Shown: in pieces, positions 46,650-59,683 of the stretch
Numbering within the stretch: position 1 is the stretch's first letter
Layout of the letters: every line of letters starts with the position of its first letter
DNA from: Gracilinanus agilis
Taxonomy: Eukaryota
DNA length: 64,000 nucleotides
Direction: 5' to 3'
Assembly: GCF_016433145.1 (NCBI RefSeq)
Contig: NC_058133.1
Span: forward strand, 168,158,481-168,222,480
Position numbers and translations under genes: made by a program
The notes under the pieces: model-generated
Seen by the model: only the letters and a program-made list of their open reading frames with translations
Told to the model about the DNA's origin: nothing
Databases searched by the model: none

Positions 46650-46844
46650 CAGGGGTGGGCAACCTTTTTGGCCGTGAGAGCCATAAACGCCACATTTTTT
46701 AAAATGTAATTTCGTGAGAGCTGTGCAGTGTTCACAGTGCGCGCTCCTGTAACAGCGCCTGAAAATTAATTGACTTTATGGCTCCTACAGAAAGAGCCAT
46801 ATCTGGCCCTATATGGCTCCAGAGCCATTCGTTGCTGACCCCTG
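46650..46844 (+). mobile_element. hAT-superfamily MITE, copy 3
   Basis: TIR CAGGGGTGGGCAAC...GTTGCTGACCCCTG and body homologous to copy 2. TSD is degenerate (TGCTATCG/CTCTATGG, 5/8). Confidence 0.9.
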
Positions 46845-48759
46845 CTCTATGGCCTCTATCTTCATGCCCTGAAGTTACTTATTTTGTGATGAGCATTGGC
46901 TTAGGGGTCCTGAAGTCTTAGGTCTCAGTTACTCTTTACTTCCTCTAAAACCTTAGTCAGGTTGCCCCACGTTCTTAGTTTCCTCATCTGTAAAATGAGG
47001 GGCTTGACATTAGATGATCTATAAGATCTCTTCCAGTTTAAATAAAATGTTCCTAAGCTACAGTAAAAGTCCAAATCCTCTGGTAAATAATAGCCTAAAG
47101 GGAGTCAATTTTCAAATCTTGCCTCCGGTACAAAGCTATTTTGTCTAGAATTTGCCTTCCCCCATTGTTAGCTCAAGTTTATATAGTACTTTATGGTTTA
47201 TAGAACACATTTCTCATGATTCCCATTTTTTAGTTAAGGAAACCGAAGTTCAGGTAAATTCATTTGCCTCATGCTCACTCAGCTTGTACAGCAATAGGAT
47301 TTAAACTGTAGTCTCATGATTACAAATACAAACCTTTTCCCACTGCTGTACTCTGGGGGGACCAATCCTCCTTAGCTTGGCATTGAACCATCCTGAATAC
47401 AGGGGAAGGTCAGATTTTTATACATTAAAAACAATAAAACAAGACCAATTAATTAAAAGGAAACTATTAACCAGGAAACAGAATTAGGCTATCCAATTCC
47501 TAATTGGTGGAAAGATTAGGGGCCTACCAATTTGGGAAGGGGAGATGCAGTTCCCAGAAATAAGAAAAAAAGAGGTGTCCCATTTCTCCCAAGTATCTGT
47601 ATTCAGTCAAGGGAAAATGGAAACAATAACTGATTGACCAGTGTGGGGCCAGTTTTCAGATAAGACATATATGGGTTGCTTGTAATGTATAATTGTGAGA
47701 AAACTCATCCATGTCCAGATCTGATGGAGCTTCCGGTCAACATAACCTAGGTTATTCATTAAGGGTCTCTAAGCAACCGGGAGAGGTGGTCCAGCTTCTC
47801 AGTCATGCAGGGCTAGGTTCAGACAATGTGATAAATAAATTGAATAATTTTTTCACAAGACAGAAATTGGACCAGATTCATAATTGAGTGGAAAGGGAAC
47901 TAAGTGACAAGCTGGAGTCAGTGTGCTTCACTCCATTCCCACAATTCCCTTCTAGCTTTGGGAGGCAGGAGGTGTTGGTGAAGGAAGCTAGAGGTAAATG
48001 AGTTTTCCCTTCTAGGGGAAGTCTCTGTCTGGGGTAGGTCACATGAGGTCCCAAATAAAAAGCAGGGTAAACTGTAGAGATTGGGAGAGACGGTATGAAA
48101 CATGGAGCTGGGAACTTTGAGGTTATCTAGTCTGACCCCATCCTTTACAGATAGATGAGAAGGCCAAGGTCAGAGAGTAGAAAAGTAGCAGAGTCCTGAT
48201 CCAACCTCAGGTCCCTAGCCTGGGAATCTAGGGCCTTCTCCCCTTCCCTGCATGGCCTTTTGCTACCAGTGTGTTACTTACTGGTGGGGGAGAGGCTGGG
48301 GAGGAGAGATAAGGAAAGAAAATGTGACTTAGGCTGGAAACCTGGATTCTTATCCCCACTGTTACTAAGCATGATCCTTGGCAAGTTACTCCTCCAGTCT
48401 CTCTAAGGCTACAGTTTCAAGAGCTGAACTAAATGATCCCTTAAGTTTCTTCCAGCTCTGAAGTTTTATGTCCTTTCAAGGTCATTTCCCTCCCATTCCT
48501 GCTGGCCCAGCCAATCCCCTGGAGGGACATACTCCTTTTCGGACATTTGCAAATACGAATTTGCAAGTCAAATGTTGTCCACAAATTGGTGGCTTTTGCT
48601 GAAGCAGGTCCTAGGTGCAGGGTGTTGCATTCTGCTACCGTTAACCTCTTGGGCTTTTCTTCTTCCCTTCCTCCTGAGGGTGATCTCTACGAATTGTTAT
48701 TTCCAAGCACTTTTCTCAGCAGGTGGTGCCTATTGAGGTCCCCACAGAGGTGACCAGCT

Positions 48760-51700
48760 ATGGAATCCTCCAGCCCGGAGTCCGATAATAGCTGGGTGAT
48801 TGCTGGCTCTGAGGTAAGATGGGGAGAGGCTGGGAATTTTGTGGAAGAGCCAGAATATGCCTGTGGTGAAAGGAATCCCTATTGACTTTAATTTCAGTCA
48901 GTCTATCCCTCTTTGAATCTGAGTGCCTCTCCTCTTGCATCCTTGGGTGCTGCAGTGGTGGGGGGATCCAGGAGAAGAAAGAAGCCCAGTCTTTTGTCCA
49001 CTGAGAGTGCTATATTTGGTGGAGACATTATAGTGCCCCCCAAGGACACTGACCAGCTCCAGGAACAAAGAGGCAAATGGAGCTAGACAGAAGGCCTAGT
49101 CATCAGTGTTTGAGCTCGAGTTGAGTTAGAGGCATCAGTCTGGGAAGGCTTCCTGGAGAAGTTTAGTGCGAAACATGGTTAGGAGAGCAGTTTAGAAGGC
49201 ATCTCTGGAGGATTAGAATGTTCCCTTCTGTGGGGAGTTGGTGAGGCATAGGTGGAAGTAATGGGACATGTTTGCTGGAATGGAAAACCCAAGTCAAAGT
49301 AGTAGTAGAAAGGGGGAAAGAGAGGAGCCTTAGGAAACACGAAAGCCTCAGGGGAAAGGCAGGAATGGACACTGGACTCCAGGTCCTGAGGGAGCCAGAC
49401 ATGAGCTCTGAACCCATGCTTTCCCCTGATATTTTGGTATAGATTTGGATAACAAGGACAATGAGTGGGAAGCAACAAGGAGGCTTATTTTTAGAATTAG
49501 GAGAGAGAGCTGAATTGACTGGATACTTCTAACCCATAGAGTAAGAGGAATTAGAAGATGGACCAGATTCATGGAGGAGAGGGCCATTCCAAACCAGCAC
49601 TACTTATTACTAAGTTCAAGCCACTACACCAGAGATGCAAAGATAAAAACAACAGATATAGAGGCAGTTGCTCAGATATCAGCAGTTGTACCGTTTCCTG
49701 ACTTCCTACTCTCTAGTTAAAGTAGAGAGCCAGACACCGTAGGGTTCAACAAGGGGAATAGAACACAGACCCTGCCTGCCCTCTTTAAGCTTATAGGCCA
49801 ACATGGCCTAGGCAGAGAGGCAGGTTTTAAAAAGAGAGGAAAATGCCTTCATAAAAGTAGTTCAGAATAGGACAAGATGGCAGCAACGTAAAAAAGATTG
49901 GGGTCCAAAAAATTAATTATATAATCCATAATAATCCTAATGCCATGTTCTAGAGGCACTGAGTAGTTCTTGTGCTTCAAGTTTTCAGGTTTACCAGGTA
50001 CCATCCTCCAAGCATCCCTGAATACTATAGCATTGTATTTGCAGTCTGGGGAGGGAGTTTCAAATCATGGCTCTATCCCTTAACTCCATGTGTGATACTG
50101 GCCTTTCCCTGCTGGTGGACAAAATGATCTACACAGCCTCTTCCATTTCTGAATCCTAAACTCTAGACCCTAAGAAGGCAGTATAAGTACTTTGCTTTGT
50201 ATCTCCCAACAATAAAGAATTAGAGTTGGCATTTGAGCCTCTGTCTCTACTGACTCTAAAGCCAAATGCTCTTTCCATTTTTATCTTCATTAACATTTGC
50301 TAGAGATCTTTAGTGAAGACCCCCCATCATCAGGAATGTTGCAGAAGGGATTCCTGTAGTTCTGCTCACTAGGTGACCTCTGGGTCAACTTTAAGATTCT
50401 GGGATTCTTTGATATGCTTACTGTGGTAAGTGGTCATCCAACAGTAGTGGCAGGCTGGTGGCTAACTTCCATTTCCCACTAGATCACTTGTGTATCTAAT
50501 CAGATAAAATGCCTTTTGACTAAAAATCTCAGGTGGAGGGGCAGCTAAGTGGCTCAGTGGTGTGAGAGCCAGGCCTAGAGACAAGAGGCCCTGGGTTCAA
50601 ATGTGGTCTCAGATACTTTCTACTTTTGTGACCTTGGACAAGTCACTGCCTAGCCCTTACTGCTCTTCTTCTTTGGAACCAATACTTGGTATTGATTCCT
50701 AGACTGAAGGTGAGGTTTTAAAAAACAAACAAACAAAAAAACAGCTCAGGTGGAATAAACTAGACTCCAAAGTCATGTGGTCTGTACTGCCAGTCTGTCT
50801 ATGATATGGGTCAAATGGCTGTTATAGACAATTAGTGCTACAAGATTTGAAGAAGAATGGCAATTAATATTTAAATGATATTTTAAAGTTTGCAAAGCAC
50901 CTTCTTCACAATCTAGTTTAAGCCCCATGACAACCCTGTGAGGTAGGCCCCTTTGTTGTTCATTTGTTTCAGTCATGTCTGACTCTCCCTGATCCCATTT
51001 GGGGGATTTCTTGGCAAAGATACTGGAATGATTTGCCATTTTCTTCTCTAGCTCATTTTGTACTATTATTATTTTTGTTGTTCTTTTATACACATGGAAA
51101 CGAAGGCCCAAAGAGGTAAATAACTTTGTTCCTGGTCATACAGCAGAGGAGTATTTTTAACTAGTCTTCTGGATTCCAAATCCAGCAGGTTCTTTGCTCT
51201 AACATGTTGTTTCTTGGCTCCAGAAATCACTGGAGGCCTAGCTAGTCAGTTACTGTTTTGCTGAGGAGGTGAAGCCTGAGATGGGCCTTATAGGATCTCA
51301 GGGAGGACTTGAATGAGTTGGATCAGGGGAAGCTCTTTCTAGATTAGAAGGACAAGATGAGTCAAGGAGCAGAGCCAGGTATATACACAGCATTTTGGGG
51401 GACAGTGACCAGATTCATTTGGTGGTTTTGAGCAAAGGATTCACTTAGAGAGTGGTAAAGGTAGGAAATGAGGCTGGAAAGGTAGTTTGGGGACAGACTA
51501 TGGAGGATCTTAGTCCTTCCTTCTTTCCTTTCTCCTTTCCTTCCTTCCTTTCTTCTTTCTTTCCTCCCTCCCTTCCTTCCTTCCTCTCTTTCTAAGTCTT
51601 ACTTTATGTCCTAGTATCACTTCTAATTCAGAAGAACTGCAAGGCAATCAGGATTAAATGACTGGCCCTCGGTTACACAACTAGGAAGTGTCTAAAGTAA

Positions 51701-54700
51701 GATTTGAACTCAAGTCTTCTGATTTTAGGCTGGTGCTCTATCTACCTAGTCCCACCCCAAGAGCCTTAGTTTTCGTTTAATTCAATAAATATTTATTATT
51801 CACAAGACCATAGAGATTCCAAGATGAACTAAAACCTAGTCCTGGTCTTTAAGAATCTTATAACTTAACTGGGGAAATAAGATGTATACACAAATAGAGG
51901 GGATTACCCTGATGCCAAGAGACTCCTCAATAGGTTCTAGGGCAGCATGTTCTCTGTAACTTTACAGCTTAGAGAAGGATCTAGCTGATTGAGAAAGTAG
52001 GTGACTTGCCTGGCGTGACAGCTATAGTTCCTGTAAGTAAGTTAGGAGGGTTTTGAGGCCTTCCTGACTCCAAGACCAGCTCCCTTTACAAAAATAACTA
52101 AGGTAAATTTGAATGTGCTAAGTACAAAAATGGCCTTGGAGATCATCTGGTCCAGACATCTCATTTTACAGCCAAACAAACTAAGCTCAAAATGTTGCTA
52201 AGTGACTTCCCTCAAGTCACACCAGTGAGTGTGACAGAGCTGAGGCGAGAGCCACAAGAGTCCTGGTCATGCCATATCAGACCAGAGGAGTGCTGGGGTG
52301 CTAGGGAGCTGGAGCTTAGGGGTGAAGATGTAGAATATAAGAGAGACTTGTTCAACTGTGAAAGACTAAACTCTTCTCAGCAATGCAAGGATCCAAAATA
52401 ACCCCAAGGACACATGATGAAAAAGGCTTTCCACAGTCGAAGAAAGAACCTCCAGAATCTGATTGCAGATCGAAGTTTGCCATTTTTCACTTTATTTCCT
52501 GTATGAGTTTCTTCTTGTATATGTGATATGTGCCTTCTTTCATAACATGAGGAATATGGAAATATGTATTTCATGACAGCACTGGTTTAACTTATATCAA
52601 ACTATTTTCTGCCCTGGACAGATGGGGAAGGGAGGGAAGGAGAAACTCTGGATTGTAAAATGCCAGAAAGGGGGCAGCTGGGTAGCTCAGTGGATTGAGA
52701 GCCAGGCCTAGAGATGGGAGGTCCTGGGTTCAAATGTGGCCTCAGACACTTCCCAGTTGTGTGACCCTGGGCAAGTCACTTGACCCTCATTGCCTACCCT
52801 TACCACTCTTCTGCCTTGGAGCCAATATACAGTATTGATTCCAAGATGGAAGGTAAGGGTTTAAGAAAAAAAATGCCAGAAAACATGTGAGAGAGACAGA
52901 TAGACAGACTTGTTGGGCGTCCTGGGGGCCAGGCTGAGTAGGAATCTGGAGAGTATTCTCTGGACCTTCTTCCTGACTGCCTCCAACCCCCACCTACCAT
53001 CTGCATTAGAGGTGATAGTTGAAGTTCAGGGAGTGCCTAAGCTTGCCAAAGGAGAGGATGCAGACAGAGAGAGAATAGTCAAGAATATGTCAGGGGTCTG
53101 ACAGAGACTGTCTGCATTGTGCTGTGGGTAAGGTCTGGGTGCCTAGGCATTTCCTACCTCAGCCCCAGCACTTGAAGGCACAGACAAAAGATAGGTAGCA
53201 GCTTCTACCAGCAATAAATGTCTCCTCCTTCTGCTTGTACACACCCTTCTTCCTTCAGGGCTGCTTGCCAGTAGAGACTCTGGGTCCAGAATCTGAGACA
53301 GCCCCTCAGAGCTCAGCGGATGAACTTCCAAGAACCTTGGATGGAAAGGGTAATTGGGCCCTGGTGAGGGTGCTAGGAAGCTATCTGGGAGAGCAGGCCT
53401 GCTTCTATCATCTGGATTCCCTTGGAAGAGAGTTCCCTTGCCCCCCTTTACTGCCCAACACCTTACCCTTCCACTCTCCCTACCCTGTAGATCAGTTGGT
53501 TTCCCTGCTACTCTTGTCCCTGCCCTCTCCTCACTCCAAACTGGGGTGAGACCTGTTGGACATCCCCTGGGTCTGGAGGAGGCTGAGCAGGAATTTGGAG
53601 AGTATTCTCTGAGCCTTCTCCCTGACTCCTGCACCCAGCACCTACTGCTTCCAAGAGCCCTCCTGTCCAGCCTGATGCCTGCCCTCCAGAGGAGACAGAC
53701 ATTAAGGTAGGCCCCTCACAAGGGAAGATGGTGGGTAAGTGGATTGGGAGTTGGAAGACCTGGTTTCAAGTCTCAGCCCTTACTCATTGAAGTAACTTAC
53801 TGTGACTCAGAGATGCTATCTTCCTTTCTGCAAAATGGGAAATTGGGTGCAAAAGCCATTCTCAGGGCTCTTACAATGGGTTAGGTTTCCCCGGAAAGCA
53901 ATGAGAAGAGTTTAGACCTCCCAAGTCCAGATGAAGAACAAACAAAGGCTGAGCAACCAGAGACCACGGAAGGGACTGAGCTGGAGTCAGACATCATGGA
54001 GCAAAGGGACTTAAACTCTCCACACAATGGCCCTTGGTCCCCTAAAACAGGTAAGAATCCTGCCTCCATCTCTTTTATCTATTCTTTTCTGTTGTTGTGT
54101 CATTTCAGTTATGTCCGACTCTCTGTGACCCCATTTGGGATTTTCTTGGCAAAGATCCTGGAATGATTTGCCATTTTCTTCTCCAGCTCATTTTATAGAT
54201 GAGGAAACTGAGGCAAAAGGGTTCAGTGACTTGTCCAGAGTCACACAGTTAATAAGTGTCTGAGGATGGATTTGAACCTAGGAAGATGAATCCTCCTGTC
54301 TCTAGGCCCTCTATCCACTCTATCCCTGCCCTTTAATACATAATAATAATAATAGTAATAGCATCTTCCAGCCCTCCCTAGAACTCCAAACTGGCATTTT
54401 TTTTTAAACCCTGTGTTTAAATAAACAATATTGTGTATTGGCTCCAAGGCAGAAGAGTGGTAAGGGTAGGCAAAGGGGGTCAAGTGACTTGCCCAGGATC
54501 ACACAGCTGGGAAGTGTCTGAGGCCGGATATGAATCTAGGATCTCCCATCTCTAGACCTGGCTCTCAATCCACTGAGCTACTCAGTTGCCCCCTAGACTG
54601 GCATTTCTACTTACTTGCTGGATAGCTCCTATGGGGGACAAAGGACAGAAGACCTGAGCTCTGAGGCCAGCGCTGCCCCTTGTACATGTGTGACCTTGGG

Positions 54701-57700
54701 CCAGCCATTTAGCCTTTAATGCTTCTAGTTTTCAACAAGCCTCTCAGCAAGCCTGTTAAATAAGCAGGGCAGTTTTCATTTTGTAGTTGTGAAAACTGAG
54801 CCTTAGGGTTACAGAGCTAGTGAGTGTCCCAGCCAGGACTAGCACCCAAGCCTTCTGGCTCCTAGTCTCCGGGTAGAAGGGGTGCTCTTGCCATCACTCT
54901 CTCTCTTGGTCTCTCTGCCCCTATCCCCAGGCCCCTGCACTTGTAACTAACTCATTCTCCTCTCCTCCCCTTGCTCACTTCCAGAGAAGGTTGGTGAGGA
55001 ATTCAGCTGCTCCAGTAGTGACGAAGATGTGGATGTGGAAGGCCTGAGGAGACGTCGGGGGCCCCAGGAATCCAGGCCGACCCATCTCCCTGCCTCTGTG
55101 GGTGGGCATGACCAGGCCAGTAGCGAGGGAGGAAATGGGGAGCTGGGGCTCACACTGAACACCTGTCTTCTGGGAGCTCTGGTCCTGGTGGGCCTTGGCT
55201 TCCTCCTCTTTTCTGGTGAGTGAATGGGGCCCCTGCTCTCCTTCTCATCTCTCGTCCCCTTTTTCCTGCCATTTCCTTGATTCTGTTTTTCCTCTCCCCA
55301 CCCCTACCCCGACCCCAACTCTGATGATGCCAGAGGGGATTCACCCAGACTCCTCTCTGTCTGTCTTCAGGTGGTTTCTCTGACCTTGAGACTGGTGAGT
55401 GGGGAGGGGGCCTGGCTGGGCTGACCTCTTAGTCCTCAGGGGGAAGAAGATGTCTTCTGGCTTAATGGGGACTGGGGAGCCAAAGGGAGAACAAATAGTT
55501 AGTCCTTCCTCTAATATGTAAAATATGTTTAAGGCTAATCCCAAGCCAGGGTTCCTGGGCTACAGAGTCTTGCCAGGCTGGAAGGAAGGAGAGGGTGAAG
55601 GAGAATAAAGAGAGAGAGGGAAAAAGTATGAGAGTGTATGAGAGAGTGTGTGTGGATCTCTGACTATTGCACTGGAGGGGTTTGGGATTCCTCGTTTTGT
55701 TGTATTGGGTAGGTGGAGGCCGGCAAACTAATGAGTGGCCAGTTTCTCAGACCATCTCTCTCTCTTTGCTAGGGCCAGCAGAGAACTTGGAGTCCCAGGT
55801 GACCCCGGAGTCTGACCCTCAAGATGCAGAGGATATCCAGGTTGTGTCTGCATGCCTGTGGGTCCTGTGTGTGTATTCTTGTGTAGAGGCATGCAAAAGA
55901 CCTGCTTCTGGTTTCCTGTATATGACCCAGCTTTCCTGTCCCCAAGGATGGACTTAGGCAGCAGCAACAGGCCCATTACCCTACTGGAAGTCTCCCAAGT
56001 CTTCAGTCCATGAGCCTTTTGCTGGACAAGCTGGCCAAGGAGAACCAGGACATTCGGCTTCTTCAGGCCCAGTTGCAGGTAGAGGGGAATGGACTGCTTG
56101 TTGAGTGACTGTTTGAGGGAAGTAAGCTATTAGGATGCTAATGATAATAATGCTGGTAAGTAGGTAGAGTGGGGAAAACCCTGGACTTGTGGTTGGGAGA
56201 GCCTCAAGAGCTTGAATCCCATCTCTGACACTTAGGCTCCCTCTATGGCCCTCAGTCTTCTGTGTAATTAGGGCTTGGTTTAATTTCTCTCTGCGATCCC
56301 TTCCTGTTCTAATATTCTGGAATTCTGAGGCAAGAGGAGAGCTTCCCTGACTGGGGCTTTGGGGTTGGGGTGATGGGGTAGGGTCCTCCCTCTGACAGGG
56401 ACAGTCTACATGTTGGGATTAGGTGGAATTGGAGGTGGAAGGAGTGGTCATTTTTTTACTACCCACTGTCATGTTCCTGTCTTCCTATCATTAAGGCCAT
56501 AACTGGGGGCTTGACTCTTTCCCCCCATCTTCTCTCTCCCTACCAGGCTCAGAAGGAAGAACTCCAGAACTTGCTACACAAACACCCAGGACTAGAAGAG
56601 GAGAACGAGAGGCTCCGGGGAGCCCTGCAGCAGCGAGAAGCATCCCAGCGGGTGCTGGAGTCTGAGATGCAGGAGCTCCGGAGCCGCCTGGGGGAGCTAG
56701 AGGAGACTTACTCCAGAGGGGTGGATGGGACCTGTGAGAGCCAGAGTGCAGGGAAGCCCCCACAGGAGCCAGCCCCAGGGCTGCTGGAGCCCAAAGGCTT
56801 CCTGGAGCAGAAGGAGCGGTTGGAGGCTGAGGCCCAGATGCTACGCAGGGAACTAGAGAAGCAGAGGCTGCTGCTGAGCTCAGTGCAGAGGGATCTGAAA
56901 AGGAGCCTTCATGAGTCAGGGCTAGGGGACAGGGATCAAGCTGATCTGGCCAAGTTGGGTCAGAAGTTGGCCATGGAGCTTCAGGAGGCAGAGAGCTGGG
57001 GCCCCCAGGAAAACCAGGCCTCCCAGGGTCCAGCCAACACATCTGAGTCCTTGGGGCAGGGAGGAGCCCACTTTGTGAGCTCAAAGAAGCCTAGTCAAAA
57101 GGAGAAGCACAAGGAGAAGGACAGGCAAGGGGATGGGAAGGCAGAGAAGTGGAAGCATAAGAAAGAAGAATTTATTGTCGAAAAGAAGAAGAGCTTCAGG
57201 GGCAAAGGAGATGGGGAGTCAGGAGGGAAGTGGAAGCAAGAAAAGCTAGGGACCGCTGAGCTGGGGGGCAAGAACGGCCGGGAATGGCGAGGCACGAAGG
57301 AGCATCCCAAGAAGAGCTGGGGAGGCCGCTGGGGGAGCCAGGGACCCCACCCAGTGTGGGATGGGCAGAAGCCCCCAAGGGAAGGGGCCAAGGGGGGTGG
57401 TTCAGCCTATTCTGATCCCCAGCTGGCCTGGAAGAAGGTTCTAGGCCACAAGTACCGAGTGCCTCAGGGCTGCTCCAGTGTAGCCCAGTGTGCACACCAG
57501 GAAGGGCTGGCCATGTTTGGGCTAGAGTTGCCCCCAGTTCGGAAGCAGGAGCTGGCAGCGCTGCTGCAGAAATACTTGGCTCGATTGCCCTGGGGCCAAC
57601 AACTTCCTGAACCCATGGCCTTCCTGTCCACATACTTTGGTGAGGATGGCCTCTTCCGCCATGACCTTCTCCGTTTCCGTGACTTTGTGGAGGCCATGGA

Positions 57701-58154
57701 GGACAGCCTGGAGGAGGCTGCAGTCAGAGAGACGGGAGATGACGATGAAGTCGACGACTTTGAGGATTTCATCTTTGGCCATTTCTTTGGGGACAAAGCA
57801 CTGAGGAAAAGGTGTGGGATCCCGGGGAGGAAGAAATGTGGGGCCTTCGGGAAGGGCAGGGTTTGGTGGAACAGAAGGCAGGCTGGAGCATCAGACAGAG
57901 TGGGTCTGGAAATTCTTGGTTCATTGAAGAACCAGGAAACAACTGGAGGAGTTGGAAGGTTGGAGGCCTAGCTTGGAGTTTGATGCCAGCAAACCTCCCT
58001 TAAAAGGCAGTTGAGGCTGGGAGAGTCTGTGCTGCCTCTGGCTCTCTTCCCTAACTTGCTATCTTCTTGTAGGTCTGGGAAGAAGGAGAAGTATCAGAAG
58101 GGCCCCAGAAGCTCAGGGCCCAAGGAGGGTCCCAGAAACTACCGGGAGGGCTGA
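48760..58154 (+). CDS. PBXIP1: Pre-B-cell leukemia transcription factor-interacting protein 1 (HPIP), 726 aa
   Basis: Exons 48760-48813, 53259-53349, 53639-53706, 53885-54050, 54985-55215, 55371-55394, 55773-55840, 55947-56078, 56547-57811, 58073-58154. Total 2181 nt, in phase. Motifs SDNSWVIAGSE, SSSDED...EGLRRRRG, hydrophobic helix CLLGALVLVGLGFLLFSG, coiled coil, LAALL (LxxLL) and FRDFVEAMEDSLEE...DDFEDFIF. Confidence 0.95.
50538..50744 (+). mobile_element. SINE1-like SINE
   Basis: 10-bp TSD CTCAGGTGGA (50528-50537, 50745-50754). Confidence 0.85.
50950..51070. mobile_element. MAR1-like marsupial SINE fragment
   Basis: GTTGTTCATTTGTTTCAGTCATGTCTGACTCT...TTCTTGGCAAAGATACTGGAATGATTTGCC resembles the RTE/BovB-related segment of MAR1; homologous to 54090-54300. 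Confidence 0.65.
51514..51592. repeat. (CCTT/CTTT)n microsatellite
   Basis: Direct reading of the sequence. Confidence 0.85.
52440..52669 (+). mobile_element. L1-like 3' end fragment
   Basis: Plus-strand counterpart of the two antisense copies. Confidence 0.5.
52670..52869 (+). mobile_element. SINE1_Mdo-like SINE
   Basis: 13-bp TSD AAAATGCCAGAAA (52657-52669, 52870-52882); near-canonical body. Confidence 0.92.
52907..53646 (+). repeat. ~90-bp direct duplication (52907-52997 and 53550-53646) flanking PBXIP1 exon 3
   Basis: Both copies share GAC(T/C)TGTTGG...AGGCTGAG(T/C)AGGAAT(C/T)TGGAGAGTATTCTCTG...CCTGACT...CACCTAC. Confidence 0.85.
54090..54330. mobile_element. MAR1-like marsupial SINE
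   Basis: The same RTE-like segment followed by a CORE-like segment. Confidence 0.7.
54400..54596 (-). mobile_element. SINE1_Mdo-like SINE
   Basis: 10-bp TSD ACTGGCATTT (54390-54399, 54597-54606). Confidence 0.88.
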
Positions 58155-58876
58155 GGAAGAGAGCCGGAGGGGCTCAGTGTCCGGTTTGCCCACTGCTCTG
58201 CCCAGAAATCTGAAACGGGGGTTGCTGAGCCTCCTTTGGTCTATATTTATCACTGCATGTGTGTGGTGTATTTGGGGAGGTCTGTGATACAAATTAGAGG
58301 GGAGCGAGGGCATTAAAGTAGGACCTCCCTCTGGCACTGGCTTCGCCTCCACGAGGTGGGGGCCCGAGCAGGAACACAAAAGAGAGCTCCAACCCCAGCT
58401 TGCTCAGGAGATACCACTTTAGCTTGAAAATGCTCTGACACTGCTTGTGCCTGTTTGCATAGTGAATACAGTTGGACCCTCTTTACCCCCCTCAGGTTCC
58501 CCAATGGACCCCCTGTGGCTCTGGGTCCAAGTAGGTTGTGCCAAAGTACAGTGAGGGAGGGAGGGAGAGGGTCCGTGTGTGCGAGTCTGCTTCTGGGGGA
58601 GGGGATAGAGCTGGAGTATCTGGTAAAAGGAGGAGCAGGGACTAAGTCAGGTGAATAAATTCTCCCTTCACCCCTCTTTGCCCACGGGAGGGAGGATGGC
58701 AAGATGCTACCTAGATGGCTCCTAGGGAATACTCTTCTCCCTCTAGCCATGGTTTGGTCAGTCGTGGGGCCTGGGCCCGAGGCTCTGGTGCCCAGTTAGA
58801 GTTGTGAGTACTATAGAGTTGGGGTCTTCACTCCTTACCTCCAGGCTTTTGATTGCACACAGTCTACACTGAACTC

Positions 58877-58882
58877 AATAAA
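58877..58882 (+). terminator. PBXIP1 polyadenylation signal AATAAA
   Basis: Canonical hexamer about 720 nt after the stop, followed by GT-rich sequence. Confidence 0.8.
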
Positions 58883-59158
58883 GTGCCTTTGTTAGTGATG
58901 TGGCTGTGTGTATATGTGTTATCCCTGGAAGGGCCCACGGACAGGAGGGGTTTGGAGAAGCCCTGAACATCACCCATCCCAGCCTCCAGCCCTGATGCTC
59001 TACCCTCATCTCCATCATCCAGTCTTGAACCCCATCCCCTGCATTCATCCATCATCCCTAATGGCTCCCTTCCACTCCCTATGCAGCAGCCCATGGGCAC
59101 AGCCCCAGAGCTTGTTTCCCAGGCTCCCTGGCATCCCTGGAGATGGGGGGTGGGAGGG

Positions 59159-59172
59159 GCACTAGGTGGCGC
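59159..59172 (+). promoter_or_regulatory. Candidate CTCF site
   Basis: GCACTAGGTGGCGC closely matches the CTCF core CCAC(C/T)AG(G/A)(G/T)GGCGC. Confidence 0.55.
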
Positions 59173-59480
59173 ACTAGTCTCACATTTTTGTCCATTTTGT
59201 CACATTCTGTAATGGGCAAAGAGCCCAAAGGCCCTGTGATGCCCTGACTCTTAGCCAAGTTGAGCTGGCAGTCGTCCTCCTGCATCTCTTTAGGCAAGGA
59301 GAGTCCTATTTCACTTCACAGGAAGCCCTTCCTGAAATCTAATCTCAATCCCATTTGCCACTGTTGACGCCCTGGACCCTTCCCTCCTAGGAATCCTCCC
59401 CACTAAGAGTAAGGGCACTGGTATTTCTGTGGAGCTGAATCTGGCTCCTGGGAAGGGAAGTGCTCAAAGGTTTCAAGGTA

Positions 59481-59683
59481 GGGGCAGCTAGGCGGCCCAG
59501 TGGATGGAGAACCAGGCCTGGAGATGGGAGGTCCTGGGTTCAAATGTGGCCTCAGATACTTCTTAGCTGGATGGCCCTGGACAAGTCATTTAACGCTAAT
59601 TTCCTAGCCCCTTACCACTCTTCTGCCTTAGAACCAATATTTTCAGTATCAAATTGAAGACAGAAAGTAAGGTTTAAAAAAGA
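59481..59683 (+). mobile_element. SINE1-like SINE
   Basis: GGGGCAGCTAGG head, GGTTCAAAT box and A tail. Confidence 0.82.

Noticed and set aside
56491-57796. Minus-strand ORFs (197, 145, 110 aa) over PBXIP1 exon 10
   Set aside because: Antisense shadows of a long coding exon.
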